DNA from: an uncultured Treponema sp.
GTDB taxonomy: Bacteria; Spirochaetota; Spirochaetia; Treponematales; Treponemataceae
Length of the DNA stretch: 64,000 nt
NCBI GenBank assembly: GCA_946407195.1
Contig: CAMJNC010000002.1
Coordinates: 5,658-69,657 of the forward strand
Direction of reading: 5' to 3'
Made by a program: the position numbers and the translations under genes
The notes under the pieces: generated by a model
What the model was told of the DNA's origin: nothing
Databases searched by the model: none
The model's input: only the letters and a program-made list of their open reading frames with translations
Shown: positions 29,683-39,600 of the stretch, one piece after another
Layout: the number at the start of each line of letters is the position of its first letter
Numbering within the stretch: position 1 is the first letter of the stretch

Positions 29683-31968
29683 TTATCTACCCTCCCTTTC
29701 CATTTCATATTTTTTATGTCTGTCTTCAATCTGTTTGTTTATACATTCCAGGATTTTTGCAGGAACGTCTTTGTTAAGTTCGAGCGCTTTTTTCAGGTCT
29801 TTAAGCTGAACTTCCCTTCTTCCTTCAAGGTTTGCACAGGTAAGTGAAATGCGGAGAGTTTCAAAAAGTTTTTTGTCATTCTTATGGTCAGGGAAAGTTT
29901 TAGAAAGCAGTTTGTTCATTTTATCTGTACATTTTACCTTTTCAACAAGTTCTTTAGGGGAAAGGTCTTTATTATACTTTCCGTTTTCTCTTTGGATGAG
30001 GAATGCAGTTTTTATACGTTCCTGCATTTCAGAAAGCTTCCACTGTTTCTTATCAGAAGGGTCAGATTCAACAATAGCCTGAATACCACATTCTTCTGTA
30101 ACTGGAATCATTTTATTGTTATACTGTTCTACAGACTTTTTTGAACAAAGACAGATCTTAGATGCTGAACCAAAGTTACCGCAAGCACAAGGAGAAGCTG
30201 CAGCTACAAGTTGTGTATCTGCTGGAAAGGTAGTGTTTCGGCCAGCACGGCTTAACGTAATTTGTGATGTCTTTAAAGGTATTTTTATAAGCTGAAGGAC
30301 AGAGCTTCTGAACTCCGGAAGTTCATCAAGAAATAAAACTCCGTTATGTGCAAGTTCAACTTCTCCAGGCCTGCAGTTTGGTCCACCACCTACCATTCCT
30401 TCTACTGAAGCAGTCTGATGTGGCATACGGAAAGGTGTGACAGGACTGATTTTTCCACTCATAAGACCTGCCATAGACCATATTCTTGAAGTGCTCTGCA
30501 TTTCTTTATAGGTCTGCAAGGGAGTAAGGGCAGGAATAAGATTTTCTACGATAACAGTTTTTCCACATCCCGGAGCTCCGCTCAGAAAAAGGTTATGTTT
30601 TCCTGCAACAGCAGTTTCAATAGCTTCAAGAGCTTTTGAAAAACCGTTATTCATAAATGAAACAACATTATCCTTAAAACAATTTTCTACAAAATGGTCA
30701 TTGAAAAGAACCTCTTTTTCATTCTTAAGATGTTCAAGGTTTATGTCTTTAGAAGGGTCTGTTTTTGTATAAGAGTTTACCTGAAGACCAGCCACAGCTT
30801 CAGAAAGATTATTTACAGCAAGAATTTCTATTCCTTCTATATCCTGGATTTCAGCAAGATTCTTTTCAGAAACGATAAATTTTTTTATGCCGCTTTCCAA
30901 AGCTGTTTTTACGGCTGCCCTTACGGCACGTACAGGACGTACCTGACCGGAAAGTTCAAGCTCACCCATTGCAAGAACCGGTTCATCAGGAAGGTTTTTT
31001 CCTTCAACTTTATATTTCTCAGCCATTATGGAAAGAGCAAGAGGAAGGTCATAACCGGCTCCATCTTTCTTCAGGTCTGCAGGAGAAAGACTAAGCAGAA
31101 TACGTCCATTTGGTATTTGAAGACCCTGGTTGCGGCATGCAGCTAATACACGTTCTCTTTCTTCCTTAACAGCCCCGTCAGAAATACCAACTATATCAAT
31201 AGCAGGTATTCCTTTTCTAAGGTCACATTCAACATTAACAAGAGAGCCTTCATAACCGAATGGTGCAAATGAATAGATTACAGGTCCTTTGCCTTTAACA
31301 TCTGCAATTTCAATTTCTTTAAGGTCGGTTAGAATACCTTTTTCTTCAAGTTCTGTATAAATCTTGTTTGCACGAAGTTTTGAATCAATAATGGACTGGA
31401 TCTGAGAGAATTCAGTTATACCAGATGTATAGCCTTCAGCAATTTCATCAATAATCTGCCAATGTGCGGCAAGAATTTCAGAGTTTGTATTATTGTCAAT
31501 TTCTGCACGGCCGTTCAAAAGAGAGTCAAAATCATGAAAGTCAAAATTGTCATTTATAAGACGTTCTGCAACATTTTCTACTATGTTACGAGGCTCCAAA
31601 TCCGGATTTGCTTCAATAACTTCTTGTTCATAGTCACTGATAATAGAATCTACAGAAGTTACGAAATCTTTAGCAAAGCGTTCGTAGAAGGTATTCTTAT
31701 ACCATTGAGCATCCTGTTGTTTCCCCTGCTCTTTTGCAGCTTCTTTTATGATATGAATGCCTTTTTCACTAAGGCAATCTTTAATGACAGCCCAGCCTTC
31801 TTCAATTCCTCTTTCTTCAATTGATTTGGTATTAAGTTCATTAAGAAAAGAATCAAGTTCCTGTGAAGTAGGTTCCCTGTCATATTCTTCAATGAAAGCT
31901 TTCTGAAGGTCTTCCAAAGTCCATGTAATTGTTGCAATAACTTTATTCAGGTCTTTTTCATCTGCCAT
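29683..31968 (-). CDS. ComM/YifB-family Mg-chelatase-like AAA+ protein with N-terminal extension, apparently degenerate
   Basis: Lon-C-like VECDLRKGIP...AVKEERERV...LSPADLKKDG...DLPLAL; GAPGCGKT; FRMPHQTAS; PGEVELAHNGVLFLDELPEF; ends EMEREGR. Confidence 0.88.
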   Translation of the reverse strand: MADEKDLNKVIATITWTLEDLQKAFIEEYDREPTSQELDSFLNELNTKSIEERGIEEGWAVIKDCLSEKGIHIIKEAAKEQGKQQDAQWYKNTFYERFAKDFVTSVDSIISDYEQEVIEANPDLEPRNIVENVAERLINDNFDFHDFDSLLNGRAEIDNNTNSEILAAHWQIIDEIAEGYTSGITEFSQIQSIIDSKLRANKIYTELEEKGILTDLKEIEIADVKGKGPVIYSFAPFGYEGSLVNVECDLRKGIPAIDIVGISDGAVKEERERVLAACRNQGLQIPNGRILLSLSPADLKKDGAGYDLPLALSIMAEKYKVEGKNLPDEPVLAMGELELSGQVRPVRAVRAAVKTALESGIKKFIVSEKNLAEIQDIEGIEILAVNNLSEAVAGLQVNSYTKTDPSKDINLEHLKNEKEVLFNDHFVENCFKDNVVSFMNNGFSKALEAIETAVAGKHNLFLSGAPGCGKTVIVENLIPALTPLQTYKEMQSTSRIWSMAGLMSGKISPVTPFRMPHQTASVEGMVGGGPNCRPGEVELAHNGVLFLDELPEFRSSVLQLIKIPLKTSQITLSRAGRNTTFPADTQLVAAASPCACGNFGSASKICLCSKKSVEQYNNKMIPVTEECGIQAIVESDPSDKKQWKLSEMQERIKTAFLIQRENGKYNKDLSPKELVEKVKCTDKMNKLLSKTFPDHKNDKKLFETLRISLTCANLEGRREVQLKDLKKALELNKDVPAKILECINKQIEDRHKKYEMEREGR

Positions 31969-31979
31969 AATTTCATCTC

Positions 31980-33560
31980 CTATCGTTCATAACCTTCATC
32001 AGGATTTTTTGTTTTTTTAGACGGAGATTTAAGCCCGTCCCAGTATTCACGGTTTTTGTTGAATTTTTCTTCAGCTTTAGTTTTAATTACAGGTTCAATA
32101 AAAAGTCCAAGGTCTTTAAGATACATATGAAGATATTTAATTCTCAAATTGTCAGCTTTTTCTCCATAGCGATCCCACAGTGCTTCTTCTTTACGCTCTT
32201 CAAAGCCCCGGTATTTTTCAAGAAGTTTTTCATTTCCAGAAAGATATTTAACCATATCATTTTTGTTTGGCCATATTTCTTCAAAGAATTCTGTAAAGTT
32301 TCTTGTATCTCCTGGAGTACCGTTTACTTTCATGTATTTGACATACTCATCATAACAAGGTCCGTAAAGTTTCGGCTCTTCATATGTATTTGTGATAAGG
32401 CCATATTCTTCAAGGTTTTTCATAATGTCAAAAGTTGACGAGAATGTTTCTCCGCCGGAAGAAAGACCTTTATCTACAACAGAATGCCAGAACGATTCCA
32501 TATTTCTGTCATTATTATTGTTTGCAGCAATATATTTTTCACAGAAAGTGACAGGATTCAATTCAAGTTCGTTGAACCATGAATCAAACATACGGTGTAC
32601 TTTTGCCTCTGTAGAAGACATGGTTGGAAGAACTGTATGAAGCGGTTTGTTCTGTAAAAGCTCGTATTTATTTTCAGGAGCTTCTTTCTTTACAAGGTCA
32701 GAGAAAATATCTTGATAGTAACTGTCAAAAGCAGACTTGTCTTTAAGTCCACGTTTATCAAAATATTCATTGAAAAGTTTTCTGTCTTCATCAGAAAAAA
32801 GCTTAAGGACACGGTTTGTAGCTACCCAGGGATTTTTCTGTGTCATGTTTTTAAGTTCATTTCTCAAAGCTCTTTCAAATTTAAACCCTGCCTGCTGATA
32901 AGACTTAAACTCACCGATATTGATGCATGCAAGGTTAAGGTTTTCAGCAAATACAGATTTTCTGTCTGTTACTAAGCTGTTTTTTGTCTGATAAAATTCT
33001 TCTTTAATCTCATTTACAAGTTCTTTTTTTTCTGTTCTTGAACCATAACTGTTTATAAACTGATTCGATGCCTTTTCAAAAGATTTTTCTGCATCCTTGA
33101 AATTAAACGGAAAGTCCTGTAAAGGTGTTCCTGCTCTGTCCATGAGAGCATACTGGACAATAATTTTCAGGGCATCTTCTTTTGTATAATTTACATCATA
33201 GCCGTCAAGCCAGCTGGTAAGTGTAATAACATCATTTTGCATTGTACTCTGGAAACGGTCCATATCCTTCAACACATCTTCAAGATGGTACGGAGCGTTA
33301 CCGAAACCATGACCTTCATTATCAAGATGCTGATATGTTGCCGTGTCCTTATCGAAATCTTCATACTCCCTTTGAAAAGCTTTAACAAAAGAAGAAGGAT
33401 TATCCCGTTCACACTGGAGTGTGAAAGCAAGCGGAACACCCTGTTCTGTATTTTTAAGTATGCGGATCTGTAGAAGGTTTCCATTTCCAGTTTCATCCTT
33501 TACTGCATATCCTAAAAATTCAAGTTCTTCACGAACTTCATCCCATGTCATTTTTGCCAT
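31980..33560 (-). CDS. Hypothetical protein with C-terminal ...ER tail
   Basis: 526-aa ORF, AGGAGG RBS, ends DEGYER. Confidence 0.8.
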   Translation of the reverse strand: MAKMTWDEVREELEFLGYAVKDETGNGNLLQIRILKNTEQGVPLAFTLQCERDNPSSFVKAFQREYEDFDKDTATYQHLDNEGHGFGNAPYHLEDVLKDMDRFQSTMQNDVITLTSWLDGYDVNYTKEDALKIIVQYALMDRAGTPLQDFPFNFKDAEKSFEKASNQFINSYGSRTEKKELVNEIKEEFYQTKNSLVTDRKSVFAENLNLACINIGEFKSYQQAGFKFERALRNELKNMTQKNPWVATNRVLKLFSDEDRKLFNEYFDKRGLKDKSAFDSYYQDIFSDLVKKEAPENKYELLQNKPLHTVLPTMSSTEAKVHRMFDSWFNELELNPVTFCEKYIAANNNNDRNMESFWHSVVDKGLSSGGETFSSTFDIMKNLEEYGLITNTYEEPKLYGPCYDEYVKYMKVNGTPGDTRNFTEFFEEIWPNKNDMVKYLSGNEKLLEKYRGFEERKEEALWDRYGEKADNLRIKYLHMYLKDLGLFIEPVIKTKAEEKFNKNREYWDGLKSPSKKTKNPDEGYER

Positions 33561-33572
33561 AATACTTTCCTC

Positions 33573-35237
33573 CTATCTTCCGATTTCCGGGTCTTCTTTT
33601 TCTTTATTTGATTTTTGTCGATTCCAGCTTTCTTTGGCCTTGATTTCTTCGATTTTAATTTCATGTCTCAGTTGTCTTTCTTTTATATGTTTTTCAAGAG
33701 CGCAGAAAGGCAGGTCATAGCTTTTTCTTCCTGTTATCTGGTCTGTAAAAGTGGTTATCATTCCGCTTTTAATACCGTTTGTAGATTTATCAAGCTTTTC
33801 TATGAGACGGTCTGCTACATGGGAACTTGCAAGGTAAAGGTCAGATTCATGATAATTAATATCTTCCTGGGGAAGTGTGTTCAAAGCAATAGAATGAATG
33901 TTATCTGGAGTTACAGGCATTTCCATTCTGTCAAGAAGAAGGAAATTAAGAGCCTGAGGAGAATTACTGTTTTCTTTTACAAAACTGTTTACTTCTTCGG
34001 CCCAGTCTGCTTTATTACCCTGCTTCCACAAAAGAAGCTGTGTTTTATAAGCCATAAGCGGATTATTCTCATATTCAGGAAGAAGTGATTTTGCTTCTTC
34101 AAAAAAGAATGACAGGATTTTGTCTTGTCCGGCCTTGATGAATGCTTCTCCTTCTTCTTTTGAAACAGACTCTTCATCTTCTCCAAAAAAATCATGAAGC
34201 ATTTCGGCAGTCCCTTCTTCCCATGAAAGTTCATTATTTCTATAAACGTTTGATTCATAGGAATCAGAAATCCATTCCCTTTCTCTTTCGTTGTAATGCT
34301 CTATATTAACAGCATAGACTTGTCCTTCAAGATAATCAGCATATGTCTGTACTTCATTTTCAAGAAGTCTTTTGCACCAGGAAGCTGTTTCTTCTGGAGA
34401 ATGAGAATTCATATAGTCAAGAACTTCTTCATTGTCTTTTGAAATGTAAATAACACCGTCAACAGGTAGAGTATTTTCTGTGCCTGAATGAACAGTGATA
34501 CCGGAGTGTTCATATATTGAAATCGGAAGGCTGCATACGTTTTTCTCATTCCATTTTTTGAAAAGTTCTTCTTTTGAAAGATTATCGAGATTCGTTCCTT
34601 TTTCAAATTCATTGTGATATGGAAGGTCATGGTTGATAAGAAATGTTGAAAGTGTATTTACAAAAAACTGGAAAGGTCCTTCAACTTCATTTTCATATTC
34701 TTTTTCAGGAATATGCAGCTCAATTTCGAGGGTATCAGTTAGTCTGTTCTTATTATCAAGCGGAATCCCGGCTATCATATCTATGTCATCATCAAAAAAC
34801 TCTTCGTGCTCTTTAAGGTGAGAAAGCCATTTTTCAATGTCATTTACAAAAGAAACTTTATCAAAATGAGAATAATTATTTGCATCCGTTAATACATATT
34901 TTTTAAGCTCATCACTCTTCAATGCAGTTTCTACATCAGGAATAGGAACTGTAAATTTTGCATCTGCCTTGTATTTTTCAACTGAGGAAAGTTCGTCACG
35001 GAAAAAATCTTCAAAATCTTCAACCTGGAAATCTCCAAGTAAATGCTGGTTGTCCTTCTTGAAAATCATTTTTCCAAGATAATCATTTTCTTTACGTAAA
35101 TCGTAAGGTTCAGGGTCTATACTTAAGGTAAAGCGTGAAAGAATTCCTTCTTTGTTTTTTGTATAGACACGTTTATTATAGTCCCCGGTTGGAAAAATAT
35201 TTTCAGAAATAGTTTTTAGAATTTTATTATCAGGCAT
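33573..35237 (-). CDS. Hypothetical MGE protein with C-terminal ...GR tail
   Basis: Start corrected to ATG 35237 (GAGG RBS); LPISIYEHSGITV...EVQTYADYLEGQVY motif of a kind seen in phage/plasmid proteins; ends DPEIGR. Confidence 0.8.
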   Translation of the reverse strand: MPDNKILKTISENIFPTGDYNKRVYTKNKEGILSRFTLSIDPEPYDLRKENDYLGKMIFKKDNQHLLGDFQVEDFEDFFRDELSSVEKYKADAKFTVPIPDVETALKSDELKKYVLTDANNYSHFDKVSFVNDIEKWLSHLKEHEEFFDDDIDMIAGIPLDNKNRLTDTLEIELHIPEKEYENEVEGPFQFFVNTLSTFLINHDLPYHNEFEKGTNLDNLSKEELFKKWNEKNVCSLPISIYEHSGITVHSGTENTLPVDGVIYISKDNEEVLDYMNSHSPEETASWCKRLLENEVQTYADYLEGQVYAVNIEHYNEREREWISDSYESNVYRNNELSWEEGTAEMLHDFFGEDEESVSKEEGEAFIKAGQDKILSFFFEEAKSLLPEYENNPLMAYKTQLLLWKQGNKADWAEEVNSFVKENSNSPQALNFLLLDRMEMPVTPDNIHSIALNTLPQEDINYHESDLYLASSHVADRLIEKLDKSTNGIKSGMITTFTDQITGRKSYDLPFCALEKHIKERQLRHEIKIEEIKAKESWNRQKSNKEKEDPEIGR

Positions 35238-35266
35238 AGTCTGTAACCTCACACAAAAAAAAATAC

Positions 35267-35317
35267 TGCCCTTTAAGTGTGATAAATAATAAATAACTAT
35301 TAGACACTTAAAGGGCA
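35267..35317. repeat. 14-bp perfect inverted repeat (23-nt loop) containing an AGTGTC box; possible terminator
   Basis: TGCCCTTTAAGTGT...ACACTTAAAGGGCA, followed by a T-run on the minus strand. Confidence 0.7.
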
Positions 35318-35336
35318 TAAGAAAAAGAAGGGGATA

Positions 35337-35714
35337 CTAACGTTCCTGACCTTCTTCCTGCTTCTGCGCCTGCTCCTGGCTCTTACCCTTTGTCTGAGAC
35401 GGAAGGAACTCAAACTTGTCCATTGCAACGAATGTGTCTTTATGGCTCTTGCCTTCCTTGTCTTTCCAGATATTCTGCTGGATTTCACCTTCGATACGAA
35501 GCCCCTTTCCCTTTGTAAGAACTTCGAGCTGCTTATCAGTCAGGTTCCATTTCTGTACAGGAACAAAAACAGTCTGGGTAACATCCTGACCGGCTTTGTC
35601 CTTGTAAGTCTTGTTAACGGCAAGGTCAAAGTTAGTTACTGTTTTTTCGCCCTGCTGTTTTGTTTCAATCTTGGAGATGTTTCCTTCCAAAATAACCTTG
35701 TTCATACCATTCAT
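35337..35714 (-). CDS. ssb: Single-stranded DNA-binding protein
   Basis: MNKVILEGN...FDLAVN...FVPVQKW...KGKGLRIEGEIQQNIWKDKEG OB-fold; GGAGG RBS before ATG 35714; ends EEGQER. Confidence 0.9.
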   Translation of the reverse strand: MNGMNKVILEGNISKIETKQQGEKTVTNFDLAVNKTYKDKAGQDVTQTVFVPVQKWNLTDKQLEVLTKGKGLRIEGEIQQNIWKDKEGKSHKDTFVAMDKFEFLPSQTKGKSQEQAQKQEEGQER

Positions 35715-35725
35715 AGATTTCCTCC

Positions 35726-36526
35726 TCAACGGCTCAAACCGTCTTCTCTGGTATAAGTTTTTGATTTATTAAGAGAAACACTTACACCAAGCGTTTCATC
35801 TTTCCATTTGTTAAGCATGCTCTTAAAGCCGCCTACAGTAAGATGTGCAAATGCAGCACTTACATCACGCTGTTCACCTTTTGACATTGTACGGAACATA
35901 GATACGGCAACTGTGTTCGGATCCACCGAAGATGAACCGATTTCCTTAATGATTTTCTTGAACTGTTTTTCAAAACCTGTTCCGGCGTTTTCAAGTTCTT
36001 TTTCCTTATAGTCTTTACGGTTTAATACAGCTTCCTTTAAGAAATGTGGTTTCTTTTCTTTTTTCTTAAGGTTTTCCCTTTGTATTTTTTTATACACCTG
36101 TTTCAAGTCTTTCTTAAGTATATGTTCCATAAAAGATTTCTGAAGTGATTTTATGTCTTTTTTCGATAGAAGATTTGTGCAGATGTAAATCTGCTTTTTA
36201 CCGGTAATAAGATTACGACCCTGGTTTACATAGTAAAGTTCCCGGCCGTCTTTATCTGCCCATTTTACAATGCTGCCTTTTTTCATATTTGCAACAAGTT
36301 CTTTTACTTCTGCAACGGTATTAAATCCCTTGAGCTGTGTGGTATCAATGTACTGGTCAAACATGTGGTCAAGAAAATAAGGGTCCTGCTTCTGAAGATG
36401 GCGCATCAGAAGTTCTATATCGAGGGCAAAAGAATCACTTCCCTCTTTAAAGAAAATACTGTTTCTTTTTTCATCACGGACCAGTTTTTCAAGTACCGCA
36501 AAGTATTGTTTTTCTTCTTTCTTCAT
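35726..36526 (-). CDS. Basic hypothetical protein with C-terminal ...SR tail
   Basis: 266-aa ORF, ends EDGLSR. Confidence 0.75.
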   Translation of the reverse strand: MKKEEKQYFAVLEKLVRDEKRNSIFFKEGSDSFALDIELLMRHLQKQDPYFLDHMFDQYIDTTQLKGFNTVAEVKELVANMKKGSIVKWADKDGRELYYVNQGRNLITGKKQIYICTNLLSKKDIKSLQKSFMEHILKKDLKQVYKKIQRENLKKKEKKPHFLKEAVLNRKDYKEKELENAGTGFEKQFKKIIKEIGSSSVDPNTVAVSMFRTMSKGEQRDVSAAFAHLTVGGFKSMLNKWKDETLGVSVSLNKSKTYTREDGLSR

Positions 36527-36587
36527 AAAGTTGTTTTATGCCGAATCCGGCGACCTCTCTAAGAGACCTGTTCATTGAACTGCTTTA

Positions 36588-36642
36588 ATTATCAGTCAAA
36601 ATACAGTAAATGTCAAGTGAAACAAAATAACAAAAAGACACT
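36588..36642 (-). promoter_or_regulatory. sigma70-like promoter with upstream AGTGTC box
   Basis: AGTGTCTTTTTGTTAT (36642-36627); TTGACA-N17-GATAAT (36616-36588). Confidence 0.7.
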
Positions 36643-36660
36643 TACTGTATATGACAAAAA

Positions 36661-39600
36661 CTAACGTTCCATCTGGTCTCCCCTGTCATCAGTTCGTTTT
36701 ACAGGCGGATGCTGTTCTGGTAAATCAGATTGTATACCAGATGCTTTCATAAGGTTCAAAGACTTCTGTGCAGATTGAGAAAGCTCACCCATCTGTTTTA
36801 GTGAAGATGCATATTCCCCAGGCCAGAAAGTACGGATTGCAAGAAGAAGGTTGTTACCGTTTTCCTGATTAAACTCTGCTTTCCATGACTGTGAAATAGT
36901 ACTATATGCAAAGCCAATTTCAGAAATAGTCTTACGTTCTTCAGTAGAAAGTATTTTTTCAAACTTTACAGAAAGGTTCTTTCCGTTTGGAGTAAGATTC
37001 AGTTCTACTCTGTTTGCTTTTGTGTTTTCCTTCTGCATGAAATCAGGTGCTGGAGGAATACTTTCAGACTGAGTTTTATCTTCTGTATAGGTCTCAAGGA
37101 AGCTTTTGATGTTAGGGCAGTTTTCTTCTTTGAGGAAGCCTGACTTAAAGAAACTGTTGAAAAGTTCATAGATTCCAATATCCTTATTCGATACAGATTC
37201 GGGATTGAATGTACGGGAAAGCCCGTTACTCTTTTCAATGCGGATTTCAGCCTTGTCAGATTTTGTAAAGCTACCAGAAACCTTTATGCCGTCAAGTTCA
37301 TAAGTACCGTCAGAAAGCTCTGAAAAGCCAGCTTTTTCAAGAGCCTGAGAAACCGGAATCTGTGAAACATTGTCAGTAATTTTTGAAAGCGGATTTTCTT
37401 TTGAAAGTTTTTTTTCAGCATTTTTAGTTTCTGTTACAGGTTCTTTTCCAAACTCTTTATCAAGTTCAGAATAAATTTCTGAAAGTAGTTTTCCAGAAGG
37501 TGCTTTAATATTCTGGGCAGCGGAGTTGTCAGCATGTTCAATGAGAGTCCTCAAGTCAACTTCGTATTTTTCATACAGTTGAGGATCTAAAACGCAAAGT
37601 TCTCCTTTATCTACTTCTGCTTCATAGTCATTTGCCCTGAGACCTGTAATTACAGCAAGAGCTTCTTCCTTTGAAAAATAGGAAATCGTGTAATCTTTTT
37701 CCAACGGTTTTAGTACACTGTAAACACAGAGAACGTCTGCCGCTTTTTCATTGTCATAATCTGAGAAATGTACTTCCCTGAGGATTCCCATATCTCTGAA
37801 GGTTCGCATAAATGCAGAACATTCCCGGTCAGAAGAGAAAAAGTCCTTTCTGTGCATTGCTACTTCAGATACGAATTCTTTGAACGTGTTGCTGTTTTCC
37901 ATAAGGAAATCAAAAAGTTCCGTGTGTAAATACTGTTCGTTTCTTGTTTCACCTTCTATGTCCTTATAGTACAGGTCATAATTTTCATGATAGGCAGTTA
38001 GGAACTTATTTAAATCAACGTGATTTTTTGCAAAATCAATTACAGGATTTTCTTTTGCAATTTCTGTTTGAATACCAGTTGTAAATGTTGCAGTTTCAAA
38101 TTCTTCTTTTGATAAAATAAATACTTTTTCATCTCCACTAAGGCATTCAAAGTTCAGTAAACCGTTTTCTGTATAACCTCTGAAAGCAACTGTTTCTCCA
38201 TCGCAGCAAAGCAAGTCACCGCCTTTACTGTACATGTCATAATAAACATTGTCAGGGCTTTCTGATTCATGTTCTTTGAATTCAATGTAGCTTCCACTAC
38301 TAAGTGAAACGCATTTTTTATCATTAAAAAAGAAAAGTCCGTTGTTCTGTTCAAGCTGACTGAAAAGTTGTTTAAGGGAAAGAGAATATGTACTACCCTC
38401 TTTAAGGATTTGAGGAGTTTCAATAACAGCTGTATTGTAATCACTTTCATTCATTCCAAAAACAAGGTTTCTTGTTTCATTATGAATTAAAACAGTTCCA
38501 TCCTGTTCTTTGAAATAATTGCAGACATCACCTTCTTTATAAATAACTTCACCATCCAGACCAACAAGGTCAAATTCAGTTGCGTCAGGAAAGACTAGTG
38601 ATACCTTACGAAGTTTCTGTTTATCAATAAGTTCTGCGTATTCAACGAAATCGCTTTCGTATGTCTTTTCTTCAGACTTATATTTTTCAAAAAGTTTTTG
38701 AAGAGAAAAAGCTACTTTCTTATTTTCTTCAGGAAGCCCGAAATCAAGTCCTTCTTCCTTTTCGATGATTCGAAGCTCATCATCTGTACGTCTTACCCAG
38801 CGACCGTCATCATTCTGTTTGAAAAGATAATTTTCATCTTCTCCGACAAAACAGAAATTAAGGTCAATTTCTCCATCTTCGGAGAGTGCATCCTTTTCAT
38901 TGAAATCAAGAAGAAGTTCATCATTATGTTCTTCAAGGGCTTCACAGATATTGTGAATATTTTCTTTAACCCATGTCTCATCCTTGCCTGCAAGAGATGC
39001 AATAACATCGAAACTCATATAATAGTTAAAACCAGAACCGCTTTGTTCATAAGCAGACTGACAGATCAGGTCTGCAAGGGCTATAAAATCATATTGGGAA
39101 TTTTTCAGTTCTTGAGTATATTCCATTGTCTGTTTGCGGCTTTCTTCTTTTAGAGCAAAAATCTTATCCATTTCAGCGTCATAATCGCCGGAATCAAGAA
39201 TCTGTTCATTTGCCTTACGCCAGAGAGAAAAATCAAAAGTATAACCGTGCTCACCGTATTGTGCCTTGCGACTTTCATTGTATTTTACATTCTGCATGAC
39301 ATCTTTAATTTTCTGTCTTGCATATACGGTAAACTCATCTTTGTTTTCCATCTCCGGATGGTCCTCAAGATACATGTCAACACGAGTTACCATATGTTCA
39401 AGGCTGGTTGCAAAGTAAGAAGCAATATCACTTTGTTTCTGAGAAACTTTTTCCTTTGATTTTTTTGAAACACCGGCATCTATAATCCAAGAAGAGTGAA
39501 TCTCTTTATCCTCATCAACAATAGTTTTAAGTTCTTCAAAATCTTTTTTATACGATTTTTCCAGACTGTTGAATGAATCTTGTGTGAGTTCTTTTACAAA

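Noticed and set aside
29683-31968. Chromosomal comM marking an integration site
   Set aside because: The gene is uninterrupted, fused to element-type N- and C-terminal extensions and embedded mid-operon; no att repeat or integrase nearby.
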